Below, piece after piece: positions 1-8,783 of a DNA stretch of 21,907 nucleotides. The DNA lies in IMG/VR virus record IMGVR_UViG_2671180847_000012; one strand, 5' to 3'. A program made the translations under genes and the position numbers. Under the pieces are notes generated by a model. The model did no database searches, had not been told where the DNA came from, and saw nothing but the letters and a program-made list of their open reading frames with translations. This stretch comes from a virus. Its lineage: Duplodnaviria > Heunggongvirae > Uroviricota > Caudoviricetes. How positions within the stretch are numbered: position 1 is the stretch's first letter; each line of letters starts with the position of its first letter.

Positions 1-1275
1 TTATTTATTTGTAGCAAACTCAAACGGCCTTACCATACCGTTTCTGCTTGCATCAAGGTAGTCAGCCCACCATTGGAGCATCAGGCGACGTTGCTCAAGA
101 TGTTTTGCCTTGTGGGTATAAGCAGCACGGACGCTGTTGCTTTCCTTATGGCTCATTTGAAGCTCCACAGCGTCTTCTGACCATAGCCCGGACTCAATTA
201 AGGCACTACAGGCCAGAGTGCGGAAACCGTGTCCACAGATGTCCTGCTTCGTGTTATATCCCATATTACGCAGGGCTTTGTTGATGGTGTTTTCACTCAT
301 GGGTTTAAACGAGTCATAACAGCCAGTGAAGATTAATCCATCATCATGGCCTTCTTCATAAGTCAGTTGTCGGATCTCTTTGAGTATCTTCATGGCCTGC
401 TTACAAAGGGGAACGAAGTGCTTACGCTTCATTTTAGCCCCACGAGTCGAATGTTTGACGTTTTCAATTGCTTCACGCTGTTCGGGTATCACCCATAACT
501 TACTTTTGAAATCAATTTCAGACCAGCGAGCGAAACGCAACTCACTGGAACGAATGAAAATCATCAGATTGAGCTGTATTGCCAGTATGGTTAACCTGCG
601 GCCTTTGTATTCGGCAATTTTGTTCAGTAGCTGGGGTATTTCTTCCAGCTCAAGTGCAGGGCGGTGTTCAGTTTGTGGTTTCTGAACTGCACCTTCCATA
701 TCATAGGCTGGGTTATGGCGTATCAGCTTTTGCTGGACGGCATGACGCAGGATTGCCGTAATGTATTGTTGAATGCGCATGGCAACTTCAAGATAACCAA
801 GTGCCTCCACTTTTTTCACCGGAACCAGCAGATCACCCGTATCCAGTTCGGCAACATCTTTGTCACCGATTACCGGGAAGACATAAGTTTCAAGGCGCTT
901 CCATACGGCATCACCATAATCATCAGACCATTTTGTTTTCGTAGAGAACCACGCTTTGGCTACTGTTCTGAAGGAGCGTGTATTATCACGTTTGGCTTTA
1001 AGCTCTTTAACCTCTGCCTGTTTCTTTGCATTAGGGTCAATACCCTGAGCCAGAAGCCTTCTGGCCTCGTCACGGCGTTGTCTTGCGTCAGAAAGAGAAA
1101 CTGCAGGGTAAACACCAATAGAGAAGAGTTTTTGTTTCCCTTCGAAGCGGTAAGCCATTTGCCAGTATTTGGAACCCTTCGGGGTAACGCGAAGGAACAT
1201 ACCAAAGCCATCAGTCAGCTTGTATTCCTTCTCAAGGGGTTTTGCATTTTTTGCTTTGATATCAGTCAGTGACAT
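1..1275 (-). CDS. P4-family tyrosine integrase of a tRNA-Asn-associated island (island body is off-window to the left)
   Basis: Complete 424-aa ORF with GAGGGG Shine-Dalgarno upstream; N-terminal region typical of P4-like integrases and C-terminal catalytic-type region (HGFRTL...Y); lies directly beside the 3' end of tRNA-Asn and in the same orientation, the usual arrangement for tRNA-targeting islands. Confidence 0.85.
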   Translation of the reverse strand: MSLTDIKAKNAKPLEKEYKLTDGFGMFLRVTPKGSKYWQMAYRFEGKQKLFSIGVYPAVSLSDARQRRDEARRLLAQGIDPNAKKQAEVKELKAKRDNTRSFRTVAKAWFSTKTKWSDDYGDAVWKRLETYVFPVIGDKDVAELDTGDLLVPVKKVEALGYLEVAMRIQQYITAILRHAVQQKLIRHNPAYDMEGAVQKPQTEHRPALELEEIPQLLNKIAEYKGRRLTILAIQLNLMIFIRSSELRFARWSEIDFKSKLWVIPEQREAIENVKHSTRGAKMKRKHFVPLCKQAMKILKEIRQLTYEEGHDDGLIFTGCYDSFKPMSENTINKALRNMGYNTKQDICGHGFRTLACSALIESGLWSEDAVELQMSHKESNSVRAAYTHKAKHLEQRRLMLQWWADYLDASRNGMVRPFEFATNK

Positions 1276-1455
1276 GAAAATATCCCCTCGTTTGTTGGTA
1301 AAAGGGAAATCGAACCAGCATTACCAGCATTTTTACCATCAAAATGATATGGTTTCGAGTGGTTTTTAGTGAACGAGGGTGAACTACTGAAGAGGGATAA
1401 CCAATTGATAGAAACGCAGAAAGCAGACGTCAGTGAACGTCTGCTTTCTTGAAAA

Positions 1456-1531
1456 TGGCTCCTCTGACTGGACTCGAACCAGTGACATACGGATTAACAG
1501 TCCGCCGTTCTACCGACTGAACTACAGAGGA
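1456..1531 (-). tRNA. asnT: tRNA-Asn (anticodon GUU)
   Basis: Reverse complement reads TCCTCTGTAGTTCAGTCGGTAGAACGGCGGACTGTTAATCCGTATGTCACTGGTTCGAGTCCAGTCAGAGGAGCCA, matching E. coli tRNA-Asn as I recall it, with a CUGUUAA anticodon loop. The asnT name is inferred from adjacency to mtfA. Confidence 0.92.
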
Positions 1532-1631
1532 ATCGTGTGAACGGGGCGAATATTACTTAGCGGTACCTTGTCTGTCAACACTAAATTTCATAAGTCATTT
1601 CAATTGGTTAATTAATCTGCAAAGTTGTTAA

Positions 1632-2429
1632 TTAATGAACATTCGTCGCCGAAAACGAGTCTGTATCATTAGCGTGATGCAGTCTCTGCAAAGGATCTTG
1701 TTGATAAAATTGGCAGAAACGTTGCCACAATGAAGGGAAACGAGGAGCAAAAAGTTCTGGGGCGCTAAAGAAATATTCAGAAAGTACGGCAAAACATTCA
1801 GCAGGATCGCTGGCTGCATAAGCATCAATGCTCGCCGCATTCTCGCCAACCAATTCGATTTCTTCCTGAATGTTGTTCATTGCAGCATGAAGATCGTGTT
1901 CCCAGCCAGCAACCTCACGCAACGGAATAAAGGGAACTCCGCTGGCGCGATCGCCGTTACGGGTGTCCAGCTTATGAGCGACTTCATGAATAATCAGGTT
2001 AAAACCAGAAGCATCAAAAGAATCTTGTATATCCAACCAGTTCAAAACGATAGGCCCTTGCTGCCAGCTCTGACCTGACTGAACAATACGTTGGCTATGC
2101 ACCAGACCGATATCGTCTTCCCATTCATCATCGACCACAAATGGCGCAGGATAAATTAAGACTTCATGAAAACCATCCAGCCATTCCAGTCCTAACTCCA
2201 GAACGGGTAGGCAAAATAGAAGTGCTATCCGGCAGCTTCTTAATGAATCCAGTTCAAAGCCCTGTAAAGGAACAAGCCGCTTTTGCTGTAAAAAACGTTC
2301 GGCAAGAGTGACTAATTTGCTTTGTTCCTGTTCCGTCAGACCCGTTAAAAGGGGGATCGATAGTGCTTCCTGCCAGGGAAGGGCAGTTTGATGTGCTGAT
2401 TCTTGTACTTTCCAGGGCCACTTAATCAT
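1632..2429 (-). CDS. mtfA: MtfA (Mlc titration factor A, zinc-dependent peptidase)
   Basis: Translation matches E. coli MtfA/YeeI from MIKWPWKVQ to the C-terminus, including the HEVAH zinc motif. The ORF-track start at 2468 is a 13-codon upstream extension; the start is placed at the MIKWPW methionine. Confidence 0.9.
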   Translation of the reverse strand: MIKWPWKVQESAHQTALPWQEALSIPLLTGLTEQEQSKLVTLAERFLQQKRLVPLQGFELDSLRSCRIALLFCLPVLELGLEWLDGFHEVLIYPAPFVVDDEWEDDIGLVHSQRIVQSGQSWQQGPIVLNWLDIQDSFDASGFNLIIHEVAHKLDTRNGDRASGVPFIPLREVAGWEHDLHAAMNNIQEEIELVGENAASIDAYAASDPAECFAVLSEYFFSAPELFAPRFPSLWQRFCQFYQQDPLQRLHHANDTDSFSATNVH

Positions 2430-2522
2430 CGTTTTGCTCGCAAACTCGTCACTTGAACAAAATTGCACGGACAGGGACTGTTAAAATGCCAAATTTCCTG
2501 GCATCATGGCAACCATCTGAAC

Positions 2523-2612
2523 GGAGAGATGCCGGAGCGGCTGAACGGACCGGTCTCGAAAACCGGAGTAGGGGCAACTCTACCGGGGGTTCAAATCCCC
2601 CTCTCTCCGCCA
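2523..2612 (+). tRNA. serU: tRNA-Ser (anticodon CGA)
   Basis: GGAGAGATGCCGGAGCGGCTGAACGGACCGGTCTCGAAAACCGGAGTAGGGGCAACTCTACCGGGGGTTCAAATCCCCCTCTCTCCGCCA; long variable arm typical of tRNA-Ser, anticodon loop CUCGAAA, encoded CCA end. Confidence 0.92.
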
Positions 2613-2743
2613 CTATTCAACTAGTTATGTTAAACGTTGTCTGTGATTCGGCTCAACTTGAGAAAATTTTGAGAGAAAAAAACTAGCTAATATCATCCCT
2701 TAACATTATCTTGATTGAGTCGTCGTAAACGGAACTACTGGAC

Positions 2744-3802
2744 TTGAGCATGAATTCATCTAGCGCATTTGCTACGCCTGTTGTTGCCAACAATAGTCAA
2801 CAAGTATTATCTGATTTGATTACTGCGCTTGAGCAGACCAATCTATATTCATTTATTTCTCAGATAGCAACTGTGTATGGATTTCCACCTGTTAAAGGTG
2901 GAATGGATGCGGTTTTGAAGGCAATCGAGGCATCTATACAGAATCCAACAGCTGCATTTCCTAATGCTACATTAAATTCACTTGAGAAAATGATCGATAG
3001 AATAATAATCTCTGGTAGTCACTATTATTCTATTGACGAAACACAAGACCCAAATTTCCAAAGTGTGATCCAACATGTTTTTAGTACAAGTGTAACTGAT
3101 TCAAGGTATGAAAATTCTTATCCAAGAAAGTTATATGATGGTAATTCACTTGGGAACAATATCAAAGGTCTTTATCTGACTAAATTAATTGATACTGGCG
3201 ATGGCTTTGCTTTTATTTTCTCATATGTTTATAGTGTTAAGATTAAGGGAAGTCGCGGTTTAGGACTATCGTATACCCCACAGCAACAATTTATAACAGT
3301 ATTTGTTCCCCATAATAAAAATAGGATCGAGTATCGTCTTCCAAAAAATTTAGGGAAACGGGAGACAGCAAAAGCGCTTGCATCGGTGCGTAATAAATTT
3401 TTTGATATGCTCATCAGTACTAATAATACTATTCATTTCAAACAATTGAATTTTTATAATGTGATCAATAGCATTATTACTGATAGATCGTTCGGGAAAG
3501 CAGTTCAGATAATTTATGTTGGTTCTAATACAGGTTGTGATGCTAATGTCATTGGCCGCAAAGATCCGACATATGAAGCTCGAGATGTCGAGATTACTAA
3601 TAAGAAAAGAAATGATATTTATACACCACGTGCTGTAGCCGTAAGATTTTACAGAAATAATGGTGACTTTACAGAATTGGGTCTAGATCCAAATAAGAAA
3701 TCTTGGTTGGATGATAATTTTTGTGGCGAATTTTATGTTGATTTTCCTGAAGATACAATCTCATTAAATGGTTTAATTGAAAATGTCATCTCACGAAAAT
3801 GA
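2744..3802 (+). CDS. Hypothetical protein, cargo gene A of an att-proximal three-gene operon (no family recognised)
   Basis: 352-aa ORF, markedly AT-rich by eye compared with the flanking host and phage genes; its stop overlaps the start of the next ORF. No motif I can assign. Confidence 0.6.
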   Translation: MSMNSSSAFATPVVANNSQQVLSDLITALEQTNLYSFISQIATVYGFPPVKGGMDAVLKAIEASIQNPTAAFPNATLNSLEKMIDRIIISGSHYYSIDETQDPNFQSVIQHVFSTSVTDSRYENSYPRKLYDGNSLGNNIKGLYLTKLIDTGDGFAFIFSYVYSVKIKGSRGLGLSYTPQQQFITVFVPHNKNRIEYRLPKNLGKRETAKALASVRNKFFDMLISTNNTIHFKQLNFYNVINSIITDRSFGKAVQIIYVGSNTGCDANVIGRKDPTYEARDVEITNKKRNDIYTPRAVAVRFYRNNGDFTELGLDPNKKSWLDDNFCGEFYVDFPEDTISLNGLIENVISRK

Positions 3803-4214
3803 TAGAATCAAGGTCATAATGATGCTTTTGTCTGAACAAAGGATATTATTGGATGAAATGAAAGATATCTTTCCTGAAGAAGATATCTTTCTATTCAATA
3901 ATGTTTTGGATTTCATTCAAAATAATTATGATAAAAATTATTACCCGATTAATGTATTAAGGCAAGCGGCAGGCTGTGAATCGGACTCGGATTTGCTAAA
4001 GTTAGTCCGTTATTTTTGTGGTGCACATTCTAAATTATTTAATATAACTTATTGCTATTATGATTTTGATGGTGAAGAAATCCCTATTTCAGCAGAATGC
4101 TACTATAATGCTCTGATTTGTGATATTTCTCCGATCAGTTTATTGTCTGGGCGCGAAATAGATGATTTCGATGTTAATAACATTTCTTTTTACTGTATAT
4201 TAAATGTCAAATAA
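3783..4214 (+). CDS. Hypothetical small acidic, Cys-rich protein, cargo gene B
   Basis: ORF overlaps the end of gene A and its stop overlaps the start of gene C. Start is ambiguous (TTG 3777, ATG 3783, or ATG 3819); no strong Shine-Dalgarno. Confidence 0.5.
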   Translation: MSSHENDRIKVIMMLLSEQRILLDEMKDIFPEEDIFLFNNVLDFIQNNYDKNYYPINVLRQAAGCESDSDLLKLVRYFCGAHSKLFNITYCYYDFDGEEIPISAECYYNALICDISPISLLSGREIDDFDVNNISFYCILNVK

Positions 4215-5001
4215 TTTTCTTCAAAATATAACACCTGCCGAATTAGCCGCGCTGGTAAACTTGAAGCCATTCGATGAGGATGTGTTTGTACAAAGTCTAT
4301 ATGCCGATATAAATAATGCAATTAAGCATATTGAGAAGACTGCGGATAAATATTATTCAGATGATGAAGATAAGATCACTAATTTACTGGTTTTATTTCT
4401 CAAAGGTGTTGGGTACAACGCATCTGAACAAACAAAATCTAATGGTTCCGTCGATATTACAGTTCAGGATCGTGATCAGAGCTTTACTTGGCTCGCTGAA
4501 GCAAAAAGAGGGAATTCGTATAATGGTGTCTTTGAAGGCATGTTACAGTTAGTAACAAGATATATTTCTGATGAGAAACATGCAGGTTTCTTTATTTACC
4601 ATCAGAAACTTGATTCATTAAGTTACTTTAAAAATTGGTTCAGCTACCTTAGCTCTGGTGATTTTGAAAAATATAAGGCTATTTCTGATAGGCTTGATGA
4701 GTGCCGATATCATTTTAAAAAGAGCCCCATAGCAAATGCGTTTACCGGTGATGAATGTTATTTTGACTACAATATAGTTTCAAAAAAGGGAAAAGAAGTA
4801 AAGGTTAGAAATTTTATTTTAAGTTTGCACTATAACCCTGCGGATAAAAGTGGACGAGAGAATAAATCCTTGAAGGTCGGACAAGCGAAAATTTATGTCA
4901 ATGAAGTGTGTGACAAGTGGTTTCGTGAGCAAGAACCTCCTGAAGATATTGATAAATTCATGAATTCACTACAATTAGTATTCCCTGAACTATTTGAATA
5001 A
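4204..5001 (+). CDS. Hypothetical protein, cargo gene C; possible PD-(D/E)xK-type nuclease
   Basis: 265-aa ORF overlapping the stop of gene B. Contains SVDITV followed about 15 residues later by WLAEAK, a spacing resembling the D...ExK nuclease core; this is a motif-level inference only. Confidence 0.55.
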   Translation: MSNNFLQNITPAELAALVNLKPFDEDVFVQSLYADINNAIKHIEKTADKYYSDDEDKITNLLVLFLKGVGYNASEQTKSNGSVDITVQDRDQSFTWLAEAKRGNSYNGVFEGMLQLVTRYISDEKHAGFFIYHQKLDSLSYFKNWFSYLSSGDFEKYKAISDRLDECRYHFKKSPIANAFTGDECYFDYNIVSKKGKEVKVRNFILSLHYNPADKSGRENKSLKVGQAKIYVNEVCDKWFREQEPPEDIDKFMNSLQLVFPELFE

Positions 5002-5019
5002 GTGCGCTAACGCGCACTT
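5000..5019. terminator. Perfect 8-bp hairpin (AAGTGCGC-TAAC-GCGCACTT) between convergent cargo gene C and int
   Basis: Seen directly in sequence immediately after the gene C stop; the following T-rich stretch is not contiguous, so intrinsic-terminator function is uncertain. Confidence 0.35.
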
Positions 5020-5024
5020 AGAGT

Positions 5025-6011
5025 CTAATTTTTATTTAATGTTGGTGTGATGCGTATTTTTCTATCATAAACCATGACTTGTGATTCAGTTTTGTGCCCA
5101 CTAAATAGCTGCTTTTCTTTTGATGATCCTTCATAGTCAGAAATTCCTTTAGCTTTCAGATCATGAAATGTACAATCCAGAGGTCTTCCAAGATAGTTGG
5201 CTGCCGCTGTTCTTGCTTTTCGCCATGCCTCATTAAACCCCTTGTAAGAGTAACGCTCTCCATACATGGTTTTAATTACTGACCCTGTTTCCCCCCACGA
5301 TCTGCAAATATCAACTGCCGCGCGCAGGCGATCAGTCCACGCCTTGATCTGCTTAACTCCCGTCTTGCCCTGCTGAATAAAAATTCCTTTATCCATTATC
5401 TGCGGCCAGTCCATTTTCAAGACATCGGATACCCTCGCTGCACATAAATAAGCTATTTCCATTGCGGCTTTAACTGGCTCACTGGCGTGTTCATAAATCG
5501 CCATGTATTCCTCATCTGTGATGTAGCGATCACGCTTTGGTTTAGGGAATTTATCTACTCCAACGCAAGGATTTCCAGGAACATATCCTCGTTGGTATCC
5601 CCAACGAAATACCCGAGACATTGAACTGTGCTCATGGTTAGCTTGGACACGACTTTTCTTTCCTCTGGCATCCATATACCGCCTTACATGTTCTGGTCTA
5701 ATAGTCTTTGCTTCCGCTTCGCCAAAAACAGCAAGGAGATATTTTTCGTGGGCTAGATAATCCTTTTGAGTTCGTGGTGCCAAATCTGCATAATCGGCAC
5801 TATTGAGAAATTTCTTCCAAAGCTGGGCAAAAGTTATTCGTCTTTTTCTCCCCTCTACAATTTTTTCAAAAGCAACCCAGACATCTGCTTTTGTTGCATT
5901 GGCTGATGCAATTTTTTCTGTTGTTCCCCCTGGTTTCCAGTAGTAGCCAGAAGGGCGGAAATATACCCCCTTCGGCATCCATTCATTACCAGGTGCTCGT
6001 TTTCGACCCAT
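5025..6011 (-). CDS. Lambda-family tyrosine integrase (prophage Int)
   Basis: 328-aa ORF with segments resembling lambda Int (QQGKTGVKQIKAW, LFSGHKTESQVMVY with the C-terminal tyrosine); followed 4 nt upstream by a small xis-like gene. Confidence 0.9.
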   Translation of the reverse strand: MGRKRAPGNEWMPKGVYFRPSGYYWKPGGTTEKIASANATKADVWVAFEKIVEGRKRRITFAQLWKKFLNSADYADLAPRTQKDYLAHEKYLLAVFGEAEAKTIRPEHVRRYMDARGKKSRVQANHEHSSMSRVFRWGYQRGYVPGNPCVGVDKFPKPKRDRYITDEEYMAIYEHASEPVKAAMEIAYLCAARVSDVLKMDWPQIMDKGIFIQQGKTGVKQIKAWTDRLRAAVDICRSWGETGSVIKTMYGERYSYKGFNEAWRKARTAAANYLGRPLDCTFHDLKAKGISDYEGSSKEKQLFSGHKTESQVMVYDRKIRITPTLNKN

Positions 6012-6015
6012 AATT

Positions 6016-6240
6016 TCACTCTATAGCATCAAAGTTCATACCCGGAGTGGGCGAGAAACCTGCTGGTGGAGCCAAACGATGAATGGGATGATTTATATGA
6101 AACCAGGTCGTTTTTACAGAACCGTCCCTGCGTTCAATAAAAAAAATGCCATTCTGCGTTAAGACTTCTTTCTGTAGTGACTTTTGGGAAGACCCTGTCG
6201 CCTCTATCAGTTCTTCATCAGTCAGGAAGCGGTTGCTCAT
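6016..6240 (-). CDS. Putative excisionase (Xis-like small DNA-binding protein)
   Basis: Small ORF immediately upstream of int on the same strand; the ATG at 6240 is preceded by GGAG, whereas the ORF-track start at 6255 is GTG. Function assigned by position and size only. Confidence 0.55.
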   Translation of the reverse strand: MSNRFLTDEELIEATGSSQKSLQKEVLTQNGIFFIERRDGSVKTTWFHINHPIHRLAPPAGFSPTPGMNFDAIE

Positions 6241-6302
6241 GAGTCTTTTCTCCACTTAGCCCGCTGCACACGGGCAGTAATATCAAATTCCAGTCCTGAT
6301 AA

Positions 6303-6518
6303 TTAATTTTGCTCTCTGGTTGCTACCTGTTTAATTGGCCTGATTCTGTCCAGGAGCAGACGGCGACGCATGTTTGGCGCCCCCCAATGGTAACCAGTCT
6401 TTTTGTCGTAGGATTCACAACGTCCGGCAACCCAGGACATTTCAGTAGAATGTAATTTCATCCGCTTGTCACCGTCTTGCGTGATAACAATTCCTGTATG
6501 AGTTTTTATCACGCTCAT
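6303..6518 (-). CDS. Hypothetical small phage early protein
   Basis: 71-aa ORF in the leftward operon; its start overlaps the stop of the upstream ORF by 4 nt (ATGA). Confidence 0.45.
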   Translation of the reverse strand: MSVIKTHTGIVITQDGDKRMKLHSTEMSWVAGRCESYDKKTGYHWGAPNMRRRLLLDRIRPIKQVATREQN

Positions 6519-6754
6519 TTCTTAGTCTCCGGTGCTTTCGGCATTACTGCCCAGTGAGTGATATTGACGTTTTCAAGGTCCCCGACCTGGAATGTCCACT
6601 GCCATTCTCCGGTTTCTTTTTGCCCCCATGTGTACCAGAGAGAACGCCAGCCAATCAGCCAGCCTTCTCCATTAGCATCAAATAACAGAACACTTTCATT
6701 TGCTGGCGGCAGTTCAGCTGACACTGGTATTACTTTTTTTCCAGTGCTGCACAT
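6515..6754 (-). CDS. Hypothetical small phage early protein
   Basis: 79-aa Trp-rich ORF, coupled to its neighbours in the leftward operon. Confidence 0.45.
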   Translation of the reverse strand: MCSTGKKVIPVSAELPPANESVLLFDANGEGWLIGWRSLWYTWGQKETGEWQWTFQVGDLENVNITHWAVMPKAPETKK

Positions 6755-6866
6755 TTAGCTTCAAGCGCATCGAATTTACGTACCAGGTATTCAGCATCTG
6801 TTTCATTCACTTTCAGATCTCGCGGTACACATTTCCCGCGAAGAAACCCTTCCATTTCGAAAACAT

Positions 6867-7403
6867 TTATGCGTATTTGTGTAACTCCGATAACTCGTTG
6901 AAGCGTTCCATAAACATCCCGTAGGCATGGCCCGGTGCCAGTGGAATCACGTTGAACATCTCTGTTGCCGGGATACCTTCCAGTACAGGCCAGAAAGAGC
7001 CATCATCAAGCCCGAGATCGCGGCGTTCGGTTGCCAGCATGATGAGATCGGCATATTTCACGGGCGTGCTCATAGCCTGAGGTAACCCGTATTTCTCACG
7101 GATTACGGCGTCTATTTTTTCTTCCATCCGTTTATAGTCAGGAAGGAGGCGTTTCAGTGGTGCGGGGATGTCCTGGCAATACGCTTCTGTTGCATCATGC
7201 ATTAATGCTTCAAAAGCAAATTCCTGCGGTACCAGCATGCTGCAAAGCACCGCATGTTGGGCGACGCTGTAGAAGTGTGAAAGGTGTCCTGCAAAGCGGC
7301 AGATATTTGAAAGGGAAACCGCGATATCGTTAATAACGATGTCGTCTTTATTTATCCTGTCATAATAAAAATGCTTCCCGGAAAAAGTTTTAATAAATGA
7401 CAT
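6867..7403 (-). CDS. HD-domain hydrolase, YfdR-like (5'-deoxynucleotidase family)
   Basis: Translation from MSFIKTFSGKHFYYD matches E. coli prophage YfdR as recalled, with an HD-type metal motif (ALMHDATEAY). GGAG lies upstream of the ATG at 7403; the ORF-track start at 7430 is an extension. Confidence 0.8.
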   Translation of the reverse strand: MSFIKTFSGKHFYYDRINKDDIVINDIAVSLSNICRFAGHLSHFYSVAQHAVLCSMLVPQEFAFEALMHDATEAYCQDIPAPLKRLLPDYKRMEEKIDAVIREKYGLPQAMSTPVKYADLIMLATERRDLGLDDGSFWPVLEGIPATEMFNVIPLAPGHAYGMFMERFNELSELHKYA

Positions 7404-7530
7404 TTTGTTCTCCACGTATATGCGCTGCACCGCGCTGAATTCTGGTAAAAGGAAGCCCCCACCACCCGGCGATTATTGAGTCAATTACGTTTCCATAAAT
7501 GCCCCCGCAGGGGCATTTGCAGTAATGAAA

Positions 7531-8355
7531 TCAGGCGGTGAAAGTACCAATAAAGGTTTCTACTTTGCTGTCCTTGAATTTCTCAACAAGCAGATCACGA
7601 AATTCGTTAGCCATTTCTTCCTGCACCGCCTCCAGCTGAATAATGCGCAGAACCAGTACCGGACGATCGCCAGTGATAATGCTGAGGCGTAATTTAAACG
7701 GACGTTCTTTCAGACCTTCAAACGGAATGCATTTAAATTCAAATGCCACTGGCATAATGTCTTTGGTCTTCGCTTCGACAGACTCCATCAGGGAGCGTTT
7801 GCCGCTGAAGTCATTATCTTCAAAATCAGCGGTCTGGTTTGCTTCAATCGTGATTTTACGGACCGCCGCAGCCGCTTTTGTTGCCTGAATGGTGTCACCA
7901 TTAGCATCAAAGCCCACAAGGTAGTCAGCCCAGTCTTCAATCCATTCTGCCAGTGATTTCTGGGAGTTACGCTCGCCATTAACAGACAACAGAGCAGAGA
8001 ACGGTGCTGTCTTTTTCAGTTTGAGAGTGGCGGTGTTATCTGCGTGACCTGGTTCATCAATAGTACCCAGGTTAAGCACACTGACGGCACGCATATTATC
8101 AGCATCGATAAAGCAGCGGGTGCCTTCATCTGCAAGATCTTTAGAATAACGGGTAAAGTCATCGATGCTGGCAGTGGAAAGCGCACCACGGAAACGGAAG
8201 CGATTTAAATTAAATTTTTCCAGATCATGAATGCGGAAATTCTCAGGCAATGCCACAGCATCGGCACCAATCTTACTGATAATTTCATTAACACCCTGAG
8301 CAGAAATAAGGGCATGGATTTGATTAATTGCGGTTGCGTCTAAGTTCTGAGACAT
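7531..8355 (-). CDS. YfdQ-like phage protein (DUF2303 family)
   Basis: 274-aa ORF resembling prophage YfdQ-type proteins; GAGGA Shine-Dalgarno upstream; sits in the yfdP-yfdQ-yfdR-like order. Confidence 0.7.
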   Translation of the reverse strand: MSQNLDATAINQIHALISAQGVNEIISKIGADAVALPENFRIHDLEKFNLNRFRFRGALSTASIDDFTRYSKDLADEGTRCFIDADNMRAVSVLNLGTIDEPGHADNTATLKLKKTAPFSALLSVNGERNSQKSLAEWIEDWADYLVGFDANGDTIQATKAAAAVRKITIEANQTADFEDNDFSGKRSLMESVEAKTKDIMPVAFEFKCIPFEGLKERPFKLRLSIITGDRPVLVLRIIQLEAVQEEMANEFRDLLVEKFKDSKVETFIGTFTA

Positions 8356-8420
8356 AATAAGTCCTCACTATATAAAGATATTCAGTGATGAGATAAATAA
8401 TCAGTTAATTAAGAACGATA

Positions 8421-8783
8421 TTAATGACCTGCTGCGCGGAGTTTTCCGTCAGGTTCACCGGCAAGAGTCAGTAATTGTCCCTGGTCTTCCTGCAGAATAG
8501 TCAGGCGACCACCGCGATTGACATACATCGGCGTTTCGGTGGTGTCTTCTTCGGAAATTTTCCCGCGGTTAGTCGGGCGAACATATGAGAGTTTGTGTTT
8601 GATTTTCACACGGTTCTCATCAAACGGTTCGATTTCCAGATTGAGTGAGACCTTCCCTTTGGTTTTCGTGTTCATCACACCGGAAGCGACTTCACTGAGA
8701 ACTGCGCCGATTTTGGTTTCAAATACGCCGCCGTCCAGCTCCCCGATAAATGCCTGCACATCAGTACTGCGTTCGCTAGCCAT
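8421..8783 (-). CDS. YfdP-like small phage protein
   Basis: Start placed at ATG 8783, which is preceded by GAGGAG. The ORF-track extension up to 9101 has non-protein-like composition and no ribosome-binding site. Confidence 0.6.
   Translation of the reverse strand: MASERSTDVQAFIGELDGGVFETKIGAVLSEVASGVMNTKTKGKVSLNLEIEPFDENRVKIKHKLSYVRPTNRGKISEEDTTETPMYVNRGGRLTILQEDQGQLLTLAGEPDGKLRAAGH

Noticed and set aside
48-1272. Plus-strand ORFs (48-284, 380-685, 579-761, 664-1272) overlapping the left integrase gene
   Set aside because: They are antisense to a well-supported 424-aa integrase ORF, have odd composition and no ribosome-binding sites; typical shadow ORFs.
5000-5024. Second att core or partial tRNA-Ser repeat next to int, which would indicate that the three-gene cassette is a separate tandem element
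   Set aside because: No similarity to the tRNA-Ser 3' end is visible there; the only feature is a hairpin. The cassette is therefore treated as part of the att-proximal end of the prophage, pending location of attR.
6729-6854. Possible 41-codon minus-strand ORF upstream of the 79-aa gene, ending at an A7 run (possible slippery site)
   Set aside because: Too short and unsupported by a clear ribosome-binding site; the overlap with the downstream start and the A-run could be coincidental. Left unannotated.
7497-7518. Perfect 9-bp hairpin (AAATGCCCC-CGCA-GGGGCATTT) between the yfdQ-like and yfdR-like genes as a terminator
   Set aside because: No U-tract follows in either orientation; more likely an RNA-processing or stability hairpin or a coincidental palindrome. 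Not called as a terminator.
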